Source: the human T2T-CHM13v2.0 reference genome, Homo sapiens
Direction: 5' to 3' (one strand)
Assembly: GCF_009914755.1 (NCBI RefSeq)
Contig: NC_060926.1
Length of the DNA stretch: 64,000 bases
In this document: piece after piece, positions 1 through 13,804 of the stretch
Layout: each line of letters begins with the position of its first letter
Numbering within the stretch: the stretch's first letter is position 1
The notes under the pieces: model-generated
The model's input: only the letters and a program-made list of their open reading frames with translations
What the model was told of the DNA's origin: nothing
Database searches by the model: none
Position numbers and translations under genes: made by a program

Positions 1-140
1 GATAAATATGTTCTCATACTTATCATACACATATGTGAATTAGCTTGTTTGAGCCATTCCACAACATATACATGTTTCAAAACATCACTTTGTACACAAT
101 AAATGTATACAATTTTTATTTGTCAATTAAAGAATAAAAC
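1..140 (+). mobile_element. L1M (L1MA8-10-like) 3' UTR end
   Basis: gttctcat..ttagcttg..gccattccaca..aaacatcac..tttatttgtcaattaaagaataaaa matches the 3' terminus of old L1MA elements. Confidence 0.7.
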
Positions 141-246
141 ACAGATTTAAACTATTTTAATACATGTATACATGGCATGTCATTGTGTATTTAATTTGCA
201 TTTCCCTAGAGACTAATGATGCTGAGCATATATGTGTGCACAAATT

Positions 247-250
<4 letters not shown>

Positions 251-340
<90 letters not shown>
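251..340. repeat. (AT)19(AG)26 compound microsatellite replacing the Alu tail
   Basis: Read directly; abuts the 3' end of the minus-strand Alu. Confidence 0.95.
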
Positions 341-343
<3 letters not shown>

Positions 344-622
344 AGGCCTTGCTCTGCTGCCCAGGATGAAGTGTAGTGTTTTGATCACGGCTCACTGCAG
401 ATCCAACCTCCCAGGCTAAATCAATCCTCCACTTCTGCTTCCTGAGTAGCTGGGACCACAGGTGCATGCCACCATACCTGGCTACGTTTCATATTTCTTG
501 TGGAGATGGTGTCTTATTATGTTGTTCAGGCTGGTCTGGAGCTCCTGGGCTCAAGCAACTGAGACCACCCATTTTGGTCTCTCAAAGTGTTGGGATTACA
601 GGTGTGAGTCACCACACCCACC
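337..622 (-). mobile_element. AluJ
   Basis: Dimeric Alu, antisense, with J-type features (gctcactgcag, ctcctgggctcaagca); degenerate TSD gccat..atatat. Confidence 0.9.
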
Positions 623-1489
623 TGCCATCCATATATCTTCTTTCCTAAAGTGTCTGTTCAAATGTTTCACCTATTTTTTAATTGTGGTGCTTGGTTTTTT
701 TATTATTGAATTTGGGAGTATTTATATACTCTTGGTACATGTCTTTTATCAGATATGTGATTTGCATATTTTCTCCTATTCTATGGGTTGTCTGTTAATT
801 CTCTCAACAGTGTCTTTTGTGGAGCTACAGCTTAAAACTTTGATAGAGTCCAGTTAATCAATATTTTCTTTAATGGTGTATGCTTTTGGTATTGTATCTA
901 AAAACACATTGACAAAACCAGTGCAACACAGGTATCGCCTAGAAGATACTGTCTTTACTTTTACATGATACCTTTAGGTCTGTAGCCATTTGGAGGTTTT
1001 TTGTTTTTTCTTCTTCTTTTTCCCATATGGATGTCCAAATTATTCAAGCATCATTTGTTGAGAAGCTTTTCTCCATTGAATTGCCTTTGAATCTTTATCA
1101 AAAATCAGTTAACTATTTGTGTAGATCTATTTCTGGGCTTTCTATTCTGTTTAATTGATCTGTGTGTCTATCCTTTTGACAATACAGGATCGACTTGATT
1201 ACTGTAGCTTTATAAGAATAAGACTTACAACTGGGTAATGTGAGGATTCTGACTTTGTTCTTTTCTTTTTCAGAATTTTGGAATTACCTATTTTAGTTCC
1301 TTTGCCTTTCCATGTAAAGTTTGGAATAAGCATATCAATATGTACAAACAAAATCTTTCTGTTATTTATATTTGGATTTCATTTTGAATCTATAGATCAA
1401 ACTATGTAGAAATGATGGAGGATGGAATTTTAAGGAGTGTTGATAATAATTCTTAGACTACAACAACAAAGAAACAAACAAAAACCCAA

Positions 1490-2332
1490 ACCTTAATGGC
1501 TCCTTCCTATTAGAAGATAAAGTTTAAACTCTCCAGCCTGATATTCAAATTTCTTTGTTATTTAGCAACATCCTGTTTTTTTCCAGCCTTATCTTTTATA
1601 ATTTCTAAACCTAGATTGGCACCTCCAGTGAAAGCAAATCACTGTTCCTCCAACATACCGTGGCCTTCTCATGCCCATGAATTCACTCCATTGCCTCCTC
1701 CACAATCCTGTTTCTCCCTTTATTTCTAGTCAAATTCATTTTCTTTTTTAATTTTAAAATAGTAATTGGCAAATATTGTATATATTCAACATGTGCAATG
1801 TGATAATGTGATATATATGTGTATATATGTATATATTTATACATTGTGTAATGATTACCACAATAAAATTAATTAATGCATTCATAACCATCCATACTGT
1901 ACAGTAGATCCCTGGAACTAGTTTATATTATAATTGAAAGTTTGTACCCTTTGACAAACATCTTCCCATTTTCCTCACCCTCCAGCCACTAGCACCCATT
2001 ATTTTCCTTTCTGCTTCTGTGAGTTCAAATTAAATCCATTTTCAAGGCTTACCTCAACTGAAACTTTCCCTGGTTTATCCAACCGCCAGTTGTCTCCTGC
2101 TTTCTGAATTCCTTCCATAGATATTGTGAGGACCACTCATCAGATTCTTCTCAAACATTTGGGTGTATTTTTAGTATCATCTTTATCTGAAAAATGTCTT
2201 AACAGAAGTATCACCTGATAAATTCCTTCAAGATAGAGGCTGTATTTATGTTCTTTTTCATCTGTATAGGATATAGAGTATGCAATACACATAACTGACA
2301 TTCCTAAGAATTAATCAATTAGAATGAATTAA
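1490..2332 (+). mobile_element. L2 3' region, interrupted by an L1
   Basis: aatggctcc..agataaagtttaaactctccagcctgatattcaa; ends gaatgaattaa. Confidence 0.6.
1744..2030 (-). mobile_element. L1MA9/10-like 3' end
   Basis: gaaagtttgtaccctttgacaaacatcttccc..ctgcttctgtgagttc; TSD aaattcattttc / aaatccattttc. Confidence 0.75.
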
Positions 2333-2759
2333 CTTTCAATGTTTGAAAGATTAATAATAAAATATTAAGATTTCTAATACAATTACAAATTTAAATATTT
2401 AACCTGGGAAGTATTTCGATGTGGATAAGGCCCTTTATGTAGTTGATCTCTATAGTTCTAAATTCTCTTTCATTTTTCCCTCACTCCTCTTCATTGTCCC
2501 CACTCCTGGCATCTGGGTGGGCTCACATGTAGTCATCTGGTATTTGGGGGTCCCCTGTGTGAGATCCTCTATGTAGTGCCAAATTTATTGGGGCTTTGCT
2601 TACTTCATTCCTCTGATCAAACATTTTCTCTCAGCTGTACCATGTCCTCAAAGGACTCTTTCTTTCTAAATGATGTGTGGAGATCAGAAAGAGAAAAGGG
2701 ATTTTGATCTGATGGATTCATCTTCGATGATACACTAACAGAATTCAGGTTAGGAATTT

Positions 2760-2850
2760 TTAGTGAAAAGTGCATGGTCTTTGAAGTCAGATAGGTCTAT
2801 ATTCAAATCGTCTACCAGATACCATCTTTGTGACCTTGGATGAATTGCAA
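2760..2850 (+). mobile_element. MIR fragment
   Basis: ctttgaagtcagatagg..ttcaaatc..tgtgaccttgga. Confidence 0.6.
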
Positions 2851-2974
2851 AGTTTAAATAAGAGCACATATAGCATTTTTAGAATGTGGAGGGAAGCAGC
2901 GGGTAGCACAACACACTTTAGTTCCTTTGCCCCGATCTTCCTATGATCTTTCCCTAAAAATACAGTAAGTGCTA

Positions 2975-3210
2975 TCATTTATTTAACATTTTCTGTATGC
3001 CAGACACAGTACTAAGTGATTTACACACATTTCCTCATAATCCTTACAACAATCTAACTTTTTAGTATTACTGTGCCATTTTTCACAAGAACAAGCAAGG
3101 ACTTAAAGAGCTCTTTGTAAGGTCATAAAATGAGAAAGCAGTGAAGCTGATATTTGACCTGCAGTCTGATTACTTCTAAAACCTAGGCTCTTAGTAACTA
3201 TACCATGCCT
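2975..3210 (-). mobile_element. MIR
   Basis: tgccagacacagtactaagtgatttaca..aatccttacaac..aaggtcata..gctcttagtaactatacc. Confidence 0.7.
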
Positions 3211-4154
3211 TGCTAATTATATGCACTGTGTCTTCTTAGAAATTTCATGGTGTGAGGTCAGAAATGAGGGACAGTCAACATCTAGAAAACTTGGGGAGAT
3301 ATACTTTAAGTTGCAAGGATTTTTCATATGGTCCTTCAGACCCTGCTGCAAGAGACAGTTGCTTATAACCCCATTTGTAATTTATTAAATATATCTTATT
3401 TGGGCAAAATATATTCATGTATTCTCAGCACTCTGTGGGACTTCTTCCACTGGGCTCCATGTAGCCAATTAACCAAGAAGCACTGTGAAGTCGTTCATAA
3501 CACTGTCGATGGTGTTAATTCCATTGACTCTTTAAATATGACCAACTTGGTTAGCAAGAAGTCCATCCTTCTTCCGAGGTCCTGAGTCATTCTCTGTGGG
3601 GTTCTCTAGTTGTGATGGAGTTGGAAATGGTGGAAAGGACTTGGCTATTGACAGTCAGAGCTGCTGTGTGCACATCTGGGTTCTGTTGCCTTCAGTGATG
3701 ATTGCTGCTGTACTTTCCAGGGGATGCTTTCCTTGAAGCACCTGAGTGATCAGTCTTCTCTGAAGGGTCAGCCTCTAGGGCCTGGCTCCTTCTGTGGCCA
3801 GGAGGGAAATGAAGTTTGCTTCTTGTGACCAACTTTCACTGGAGATTTTTAGAGAAACCCAGTGTGAGCTCTAATGACATGGCTTTGTCCTTCTTCTCCT
3901 CCTTCTTGTTTTTCTCCTCATACATCTTTTTAAATTCAACTTTGTTTTCCTCAAAGTTATACATGGTTTAAAAAACTTAATTGTTATGTAAGATTTATTA
4001 TGAAAAGCAGTAGTCCTCTGCTTACCTCCTACCCAGTTACAGACTAGGACCTCATAATCAAGCACTTCAATCTACTTCATCTGATTCCTTTGGTATTTAT
4101 TCTTATTTTTAAATCTTCTGTTTCTACTTTCAATATTTTTCTCTATTTCTGCTT

Positions 4155-4612
<458 letters not shown>

Positions 4613-5461
4613 TAATATAGTTGCATGAAAGCCTTGGCTAAACATTTAATTTTTACAATATTATGACAACTACAAATAATTTTCATGGTTAAGCTATATG
4701 AACGACTGCGATTACTTTTCCTTTCCTACACATTTTGTTTTTCCTAGAATTAATAAATGCTTCATAATATACTATGGGTAGTCCAACCACAAACTTTCTC
4801 TGAATTATTTAAATCTTCTCTCTGTACAAAGACAATTGGAGCCCTTCATCTTCATCTTCTTGGAGATTTCTCTCCTGAAGGCTTCTGATCTTCTCCAATC
4901 TGCTCCAGTTCTGTTACCTTCACCACTGGCAGAGTGTATTCCGGGATCTCTCTTAGCCTCTTTCTTAAATTGGTCTTTCTGTTTCTTGCATGCCATGGAT
5001 TCTTTTTTCTTGATTTACTCTCCAATGTTAATGAAACTTTTTTCCCTTCAGTAGCTTCTTGAGAAGATGTGCATGTTAGGTAAAATATTGGTGACACTGA
5101 ATGTCTGAAAGGCTTTTTAAAAAAATTTTTTTAAACCATCACAATGCATTGATAGTTTGAGTGTAGCTGTTTAAGTTGTAAATCATTAATCATTTCCTCT
5201 CAACATTTTGAAGGTATTGGTCTATTGACTTTGAGCTATCTGTGTTGTCACTGAAAATTTTTTTAATTCGTGACTTCTTATTTTGGCTTGCATTCCCTGG
5301 ATCCTTTAAATTGTTCTACTTGTCTCTAGCATTTCATGATGTTATGCCTTTTGTGTGGGTTTATGCTTACCGACTATGCTGAGCACCCAATAGGCTCTTT
5401 TACGTGGGAAACACACCATTTAGTGCTGGAAAGTTTTCTTGAGTTATTTATTTTATTATTT

Positions 5462-5535
5462 TCTTCCTTCTTTTTCTCTTCTTTTTCTCCTTCCTTCCTT
5501 CCTTCCTTCCTCCCTCCCTCCCTTCCTTCCTTCCT
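5462..5535. repeat. (CCTT)n / pyrimidine-rich simple repeat
   Basis: Read directly. Confidence 0.85.
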
Positions 5536-7404
5536 CTCACTCTCTGAAAGGCTCATTATTCAGATCTTGTTCCTCCTAGACTAATTTTATCTTCTTACCT
5601 TTTAGTTCTATATTTTACCTTCCTACATTTTTCCTTCACTCTTTGAAAGATTTTTAAAATTTTGTCTTCCAAACCTTCTATTAAATTTTTGGTCATGTTA
5701 TGCTGCTACATTGAAAGAGCTATTATCTGTTTCAATTTATTGATGAAATAACCTTTTATCGTTTTTCTGATAATATGATTGCAATTTTTGGAATTATCTT
5801 CTTCCTGTGGCATTTTTTTTTTCCAAATTGCTTTGTTTTTGTAACCTTTGGTCTCAGTCTTTCATGTTAAGGGTTATTCCTAATGGTAGAGTGGTCTGTG
5901 GCTGTCTGCTTATGTTAAAGAATGGGTCACTGAAAAGTTCATTGTAACCATTGTGTGTGTGGGTGTCAACTCTGAGCTTCACTGAAAGTTGATTTGCCTT
6001 CATCATTTTCTTGGAGAACCCAAAGGTCAAAACCTTTAGCACTTTTCTCTTGTTCTGATCAGAATACTCAGAGAAGAATCTTCCAATATCTACCTTGGAA
6101 TCTACAAGCGTTGCATCCATAGTTTGTACTACAGTTGACTGGAAGGAATGCTGTCAAAATTCAGTATGTGAACTTTCACTTGATCTCTTTGTGTTAATTC
6201 TGCATTTCCAGTCTTCTAGGATGTCTAATATTCTCCAGTCCAGAGATTCTGTTTTGTAGTTTCGGGAGTGAGGAAGGGAAATTTGCCCATCTATTTGAAG
6301 TTGGGGAGAGGATTTTGGGAACATTTATTTCTTAAGCAGACTTTCAACTGATCTTCCTGTTTCTGATTACAGCTGAAACCATCTTTTCCTGAGCCTTTTC
6401 TGGGTCCTACAGATCTAGTTTCCTCTCAGCCATAACACAATTGGCTTAGGATTCAGCTTTCTTAAGTCTGCTAAGGCAGTTATTACAAGTCCTTCTGTTT
6501 TTTCCACTTTGTGTTTTTAATCCTCTTCCTTCTCATTATTTTTGACTTTGTGACTTTAATCTTTAAATTAAAAAAATTAAAGATTTCATTTATGGTTGTC
6601 TTACTGGGATTTTAGGAAGTAGCAGAATTAAATGTATGTGTTCTGTGTACCATTTAAAACTGGAAATCACTTTTTTTTCCTGCTTCGCACCCACTTCTCA
6701 GCTGAACCTGGTCACCCAGCTTCCTTTGAGTCCCAAATCAGCTGCTTTATGTGACCCAGGCTGCCAGACACTTTCATTCATCCCACTGTCTTAGGACTCC
6801 ATTGTTTCTCTCGTTTGTCCACGTCTGAACCCTAATGAAGCACTGGCTTCTTTTCCATTCCTTCAAGGTTCCTGGGTCTATGCACCTCCCAAGAGGTGGC
6901 TGGTCTCTGTTTTCAGTTCTCTAAGCATTTTTTGATCTTTAAAATCTCCTTGTAATTCCATCCTTAGAGGTTCCCAGAACAGCAAATAAAGTTTGCTCAG
7001 GGTACACAGAAGACAAAGCAGCCCCAAAGAATCTCATCTGCACTGAGCCAAAATACTATTGGATAATTTTCATATGTGATGTCTTTATAATTATTGGGAT
7101 TATTATTTACAATTTTAGAAATTTATTTCTCACTTAGCCACATTTCCTTCTTTAATTTTTTTCTATAGTTTTTAGAATAAAGAGATTTTCTAATGCTGCC
7201 CTTTTATTTCTGGTCAATACCTCGTTTTCTAAATAATTACACTTTTAAAATATAATTTTAGCACCTTATCATATTTATATACTATTTTAGAAATAGGTAT
7301 CCATCCTTTTACTTTTGGGAGTATGGTTTCCTTACATAACACATTGGTTTTGCCTTTAAAGTTTATTAATATTATTATAATTATGAAACTGATGTATATT
7401 CATT

Positions 7405-7518
7405 GTGAAACATGAAGTTCAAGGAAGTTAAGTAATTTGCCAGTAGTCATCCATTTAACTAATGTCAAACACGGTATTCTCAACCACATCCTTGCTATTA
7501 ACTACTCTGCTATACTAC
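7405..7518 (-). mobile_element. MIR fragment
   Basis: gaagttaagtaatttgcc..attaactactctgctatac. Confidence 0.5.
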
Positions 7519-7689
7519 ATTTTATTAACCCAAACTGTCTTTTGCAATAAAAGAGCCATATAATTGGTAGTTATATATAAATGATGATAAAAATCCATCA
7601 AAGTTATTTTCTTTTAGTCTTACTGACATTCAAGTTCCAAGTTTATTATAGTATTAGCCAGCATTTTATCAGAAATAGTTAACTTGTTT

Positions 7690-7785
7690 ATGAATTAATT
7701 CAACATTCAACAGATATTCTGCAGGCACCTACAATGTACCAGATTCTGTGCTAAGTGTTGGGCAGTCCTTGGTGGAAAAAACAAT
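7690..7785 (-). mobile_element. L2 3' end
   Basis: attcaacagatattctgcaggcacctacaatgtaccagattctgtgctaagtgttggg. Confidence 0.65.
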
Positions 7786-7978
7786 TGTAGAGTGAGAATT
7801 TTTTTTTCCCATTTTGGGTTTTACATATTGGCTTATCTTCACCTTCTCTGCTTATGAGAGAGATTCTTAATGCCAAGAGCTTTGATGAGTTCTTACCATG
7901 TTATGTCCTATAGCAGTGACATTGGGAGGCAATTAGTTTTCTAGCCTTCCAAGTCTTACAAGCTCACAGTAGGCATCC

Positions 7979-7997
7979 TACCAGCAGGTGGTGTTAT
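7979..7997 (+). promoter_or_regulatory. Candidate CTCF motif
   Basis: CCAGCAGGTGGTGT vs consensus CCASYAGRKGGCRS (CpG-decayed end); motif match only. Confidence 0.3.
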
Positions 7998-8862
7998 AAA
8001 TTACCAGCTAGATCTGGCTTAGAAAATCAAACAGATACCTTAAATCAACAAGTTTTTGGCTGATTTCCAGCTGCACAGGATTTGTTCCAAATCATTCTCT
8101 GTAGGTACCAGTGAAAAATCAATGGGCAACTCACGGAATATGTGATGAGAGAAAAGGCATAAGTTGAAAATAAACAAAAAACCCAATATTTAGTACAAAA
8201 ATAAACCAACCATTTGTAATACTATTTATATTTATGAATCAATGCACCATCTCGATTGTCAATGTATTGTGTTTCCTTAAAAAAACTAAAATAACAAGCT
8301 GCTTCTGAGTTCAGCGCATGCTGGCCTGAGGACATGAGGAAGCTTAGTTTGTGTTGTGCTGTTATAGTTTGGGCACCAGGGGGCATGGGCTTCTCCAGGG
8401 TAAACATGGTCTTTCTTACATTATTTGTGAAGCAATAACAGAAACGGATGTCTGTAATACTTTTTTTCTTATGTGTTACAGTTATATTTCCCTCAGATAT
8501 CAGCATTTGGGGAAGTTGCCTTGAAGCAGTAATTTGTGACTCTGGCTGGACCTCTGAATCATTTGTGGAGGGTCTGAAAACTTCAGGTGCCAGGGCTCTT
8601 GGATACTCTGGAAAGCTCCACACGCAAGTGATTCTGTCAGGCAGTCGGAACTGAGGTAGCATGAGCATGACCACAGGGAGCTACAACAGGGCTTCCAGGG
8701 CTCCCTGGGAGTTGGACGAAGGCTGAACTAGGCACAAGGTCCAGGTTAAGAGGACAAAAATAGGGATCCCAGTTTACGATGGGAATGCAGGAAAAGGATA
8801 CAAATGCCTTTAGCAAATGACTAAAGTGTTGATTTTGAATATCTTTTTAAAAATGTCTAAGC

Positions 8863-9175
8863 CCATGCTGTCCAAAAAACACAGGAGGCATTTATGCAAT
8901 TCTAAATTTTCCAATAGGTGCATTAAAAAAGAAGACGACACAGGCAGAATTCATGTTAATAATATATTTAAACTCAATATATCATATACGTTATCACTTT
9001 AGAACCTAATCAGTATGAAAAATTATTGATGAGAAATTTTACATTCTTCTTTCCTGCTAAGTCTTTGAAATCTGGTGTGCATTTTATGTTGGCAATGCAT
9101 CTCAGTTTGAACTTCCCTCATTTCAGGTGCTTAGAAGTTGAAAGTCGTGATTGGCTTCCATATTGGACTGTTCAG
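8863..9175 (-). mobile_element. MER33 (hAT-Charlie)
   Basis: TIRs tgctgtccaa / ttggactg; ctaagtctttgaaatctggtgtgcatttta; 8-bp TSD gtctaagc / gtctaggt. Confidence 0.8.
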
Positions 9176-9484
9176 GTCTAGGTGAACAATTGTTCTAAAT
9201 CCATTGGGAAGCAAGTGGTAGAGCTCCCAAAGCAAAACAACAACAACAAACAAACAAAAAGCCAAACAACAACAACAAAAAAAGTCAGAGCTAGAGTTAG
9301 AGGGTTTTTTATGGGAAGTTTTCAGTGATCTAGGCCTTAGGGAAGATGTTCTGGAGACTTATGACTTTAATAACAAGTGAAATCACCGAGAAAATTGGTG
9401 GATGAAAAGGAGTCCAATCACTGTGGAAGTGGGCAGTAGAGAAGAAACAACTGGAGAAGAAAATTAGAAATTTAAGAAAGAGAA

Positions 9485-9705
9485 TAACCAGTGAGAGTTG
9501 AGCATTCACTACACACCAGGCACTTTTCAATGTGCTTAATATACTTCCTTGTTGAGTATTTGCAGAACTCTTATAAGTTAGATTGGGGCCACAGTGTATG
9601 ACTGATTATGATGTGAGTGGTGGGTGTCCTGTGAAATTTTGCAATGTGGTGATCTCGAGGTTAGTACCATTATCAACCCCATTTTACAGATGAAGAAACG
9701 AGGCC
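9485..9705 (-). mobile_element. MIR
   Basis: Core ccccattttacagatgaagaaacgaggc. Confidence 0.7.
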
Positions 9706-9928
9706 TTCTTTTCGTTTGCTTCACTTTGGTATACCTTCTCTCCTCGTCTTCTGTTATCTGTTCTGCAGTGTTCTGCTTTTGCTGTCATTTCTCTCCATTT
9801 AAATTGTTGTTTTCCCATTTAGAGGAAAAGAGAGAAAGTAGAATACTAGATTCCCCATTTTTAATCACTGCTTCCTGGCTTTCAAACTGTTCACACTTTG
9901 TACTTTGACTTAAATCCGATGATGCTCC

Positions 9929-10294
9929 TGATATGGTTTGGCTCTATGTCCCCACCTAAATCTCATCTTGTAGCTCCCATAATTCCCACGTGTTGTGGGA
10001 GGGACCCAGTGGGAGGTGATTCAATTATGGGAGGGGGTCTTTCCCATGTTGTACTCGTGATAGTGAATGGGTTTCACAAGATCTGATGGTTTTAAAAACG
10101 GGAGTTTCTCTGCTCAAGCTCTCTCTTTGCCTGCTGCCATCCACGTAACATGTGACTTGCTTCTCCTTGTTTTCCACCATGATTGTGAGGCCTCCCCAGC
10201 CATGTGAAACTGTAAGTCCGGTAAACCTCTTTCTTGTGTAAATTGCCCAGTCTTGGGTATGTCTTTATCAGCTGCTCAAAAACAGGCTAATACA
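9929..10294 (+). mobile_element. THE1A-like MaLR solo LTR
   Basis: tgatatggtttggct..ctaataca, 366 bp; perfect 5-bp TSD gctcc at 9924-9928 and 10295-10299. Confidence 0.92.
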
Positions 10295-10906
10295 GCTCCA
10301 TCTTGCTGTGCTGCCTGAGCACAGGACTTATTACTAAGACCAGTAGTTACCGATAACTTTTTAGACCCCAAAACCCCAACAAGTAAATAACAGCAATAAG
10401 AAAAGCCCAAGCAAATAAAACCAAATATCTCTGCTTTATATTGTAAAGACAGTTGACTTTTTTTTTCTTCTGAAGCACAACAGAGTCTTCAGGATTCTCT
10501 TTTTAAGCGTTGTAGGTGGTTAATACCAGATCAAACTACAGCATAAAGGCAAAGAGAGATACTTTAAGATAGGATTTGGGAATGCATTAATAGAAAGTTA
10601 TTTTAGTGCTAGTACACTCTGTTCTGCTAATTCCTAAGTAGTCCCTTAAACTCTAATTTAGAGATAAAAGAATAGGATTCCTTTATACAACCTTGCATTA
10701 TCAGATGACACGCTGTGTATGTTTTGAAGGGCATGTCACAGCCATCTCCACTAAACACATTCTCCTAGATCAAGGGGCTCTCTCAAAGTATACTATATGT
10801 TCCCGAGTTTGCATGTAATCAATGGACTTTGTTGGGTCATTCTGGAGAAGCACACCAAGAAGGAATAAAAGTTTGTATTTGTATGTTAAACAATGGAGAA
10901 TTTAGA

Positions 10907-11212
<306 letters not shown>

Positions 11213-11704
11213 TTTTTTTTAAAAATGTATTTTTAAAAATGGAGAACATAGAGAAATAAAGAGAAACTTAAGCTTCTGAAAATACTGGGGGCTGGGAGGA
11301 GGAAACAAGAATTTCTTCTGATTATGCTATAGTTACTTTTAAAGTCTATAAAGCAAATTTAAAATTGCCTTGTATTATCTGTCCATGGTGCAAGCCAATG
11401 ATTCTTTTAGGACTTGAATCCCTAATGTGCAAAGGATGCCAATAATGCCAGAATTACAAGACGGCAATGAGGATTAGAAACAATGTGTTAGGAACATGTG
11501 CTATATATCACATGTGCTGAATGGTACATCACAGTTCCTGGAATGCAGCAGTGGCCAATGGGATTTTGTTTTCTGTTTATTTTTTTAACACAAAAGTTTT
11601 GAATGTAGTTAGGCAATACTAGGGAAATGTACAAAAAAAAAATTCTATATTAAGTGCAAAATGAGAGGTATGGTTAAGACTTGAGAAGAGAGAGAAAGCT
11701 ATGA

Positions 11705-11855
11705 TTTGATTTGGTTGATGTGTATCTCCCTCATTAGTCTGTAAGCTGCATGAGGGTGGAGCCCTGTTCTGTTTTTGCTCACCATTGAATCCCCAGCAAC
11801 TGACACAGGGCCTGGCTCATGGTAGATGTTCAATAATTACATTTGTACAATGATA
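11705..11855 (+). mobile_element. L2 3' end
   Basis: gtctgtaagctgcatgaggg..cacagggcctggctcatggtagatgttcaataa. Confidence 0.75.
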
Positions 11856-11944
11856 CAAAGTGGTCATTCATAAAGTACCAGTTATGCATTCCCCCTCCTC
11901 TCGGTGCTTTAATAATGCAAACTGGGTAGAGTGGCCAAGGAAAC

Positions 11945-12200
11945 CCAGGGAGGCTTCATGGAGGAAACAATCTTTGAAGAATTTATAGAGCCAGAGCTGG
12001 TGGCAGAAGGGCATTTCATGCATGAACAAACTTGCAAGGGTTAGAATTGTACTGTGTGTAGAGGTGATACTGAATAAACCAATTTCACCAGAGGTGATTT
12101 ATTTTAATATTTATGAAGAAATAAGACTGTGGATATTTGGGGTAAATTTCAGAGAGCCTTGAGTGCCAAGCTTGTTTTTCTAGCTAAGTGCAGTGGAAAT
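11945..12200 (-). mobile_element. L2 fragment
   Basis: ggaggcttcatggagga..agggcatttca..agagccttgagtgccaag. Confidence 0.5.
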
Positions 12201-13804
12201 TTAAAAAATACCCCTTTGAAACTGCTCTAATCAACAACTTCTCAAACCCTAGAAGCCACTAGACATGTAGGAAAAATATCCCCCCAAGGATTCCTCTGTC
12301 CTCATTTACATTGTGAGACAATTGCTGAGGGTCTGTAAGCAGAGATGCAGTGATGCTGCCTGTTTTGCCTGGCCTGAGGCCAGGAAATCTCTCTGCCCAG
12401 CTGGGGAGCCCTAGTCAGAACAGGTTGCCTTTAAATGCAAAATCAAAGCCAGGTCAAATGTGTTTCAGAACAGACTGAGAAATGTGAAGCCAGATATGAT
12501 AAATTGTGGTGAGTAGTTGGCTGTGAGAGAATTTGGCTCTGCATGCTTCCCCACACATCGTTCTGGGAGTGGTTTGCTTGTTGATTGTTGTGTGCATTTT
12601 GAAAGCAGAACTTTGGCTCATGCTACAAATATGGCCAATAACTCTTCCACGTATGGCGCATGATTCCCCTGACTGCAAGGAGGTGCCAATTAACGTAAGT
12701 ATTGGTATTGCCTGGACTGGTCACAATTAGGTGCAATCCAATTTCTGTGATATTAACTGGAAATAACTCAATTGCCCCCTCACCTCCTCTAATTCACTTT
12801 TTCAGTTCCTTTTTATTTCTATGCTGTGCGTTGTGATCCTGAGTTTTCTCCTAGGTACCAAGTGGTTCCACATTCTCTCCACTTTAAATCTTTTTTTTTG
12901 TCATTTTAAAATCAAAACTTAATTTACATGCACAAGTGCCTAGAGTAGCTATTTATGTGCGGATTGTAGAACTTGATTTTGAGGTAGAATATTCTGACTT
13001 TCTATTATATCTAGACTTTGATTGGGTTTTCATGCAAAACTAAATACAAGATATGTAATATGCTCAAAATACAAAATGCTTGGAGGACATTTCAGTTTCA
13101 GTGGCATTTCAGAGTGTGTCCTGAAGAATTGTATTTTATGTTATCGAAAAAATATTGTTTTTGTAAGAAAAGTTGTTCTGCGATAGCTGAATTCATAGAC
13201 CTGGCGTCTACCTTCCTAACAGCTGGAAGACTCTGGCAAATGTACTTTTGGATCATTAGAAGTATTTAAATATACAATGATTCTAGATCTTGGCTAAGCT
13301 TCTCTCTTCCTCCCAAGAATAAATTGATATATTGGACAGCTGCTACTCTTTTGATACTAGGATTTAAAATTATGCAACATTTTAAAAGCAGAGAGAAAGA
13401 GAATGATACATAATAAAAAAGAAAGCTTTAAGAACACAGAAACAAATATTAAAGACTATAAAAGAGAAGGAATAAACTTCAAAACAATGTTTAGAATATC
13501 TAGGTTTTTTTAGTGTGCGATTACTTATACAATTGCTCATATTTGTGATTGTTCTCAGGAATAACTTTTATTTTTTTATCTTCTTTATGATATATTTATA
13601 TTTTAAAATTAGAAAAATATAATATTAGGTAAGTCATTAGATCTGTAAAATCCTGTTAGGTTTGGCAATGTTACATTAAGTGCTTTTCTGTACCGATGAT
13701 GTTGGTGGCTCTGCACCAAGCTATGACTAATCACGGATAGATAGCCCAGGCCAAGTCATTTAATCTTTCTGAACCAAAGATTCATCATCTAGAATCACCT
13801 GGAG

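Larger units (their letters stand above)
165..1412 (-). mobile_element. Old L1M (L1MB/MC-type) ORF2 3' region, interrupted by an AluJ
   Basis: ttaatttgcatttccctagagactaatgatgctgagcat; tgtctgttcaaatgttt; gtagatctatttctgggctttctattctg; ttgattactgtagctttata. Confidence 0.75.

Noticed and set aside
164-857. IYIYIY/ERERER/LSLSLS and Alu-like peptides (similar Alu ORFs at 15043, 37958, 41911, 49678, 57015, 58349)
   Set aside because: Translations of microsatellites and Alu sequence.
3440-3900. Unique-looking block with faint ERV integrase C-terminal-like words on the minus strand (PFRED*, KHPLE) and an AP-1 site TGAGTCA at 3583
   Set aside because: Stops in all frames and similarity too weak to support by eye; needs tBLASTn or a Dfam search.
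8222-8674. Longest ORF in the track (150 aa, minus strand)
   Set aside because: Non-ATG start, no recognisable domain, no convincing splice context; consistent with chance.
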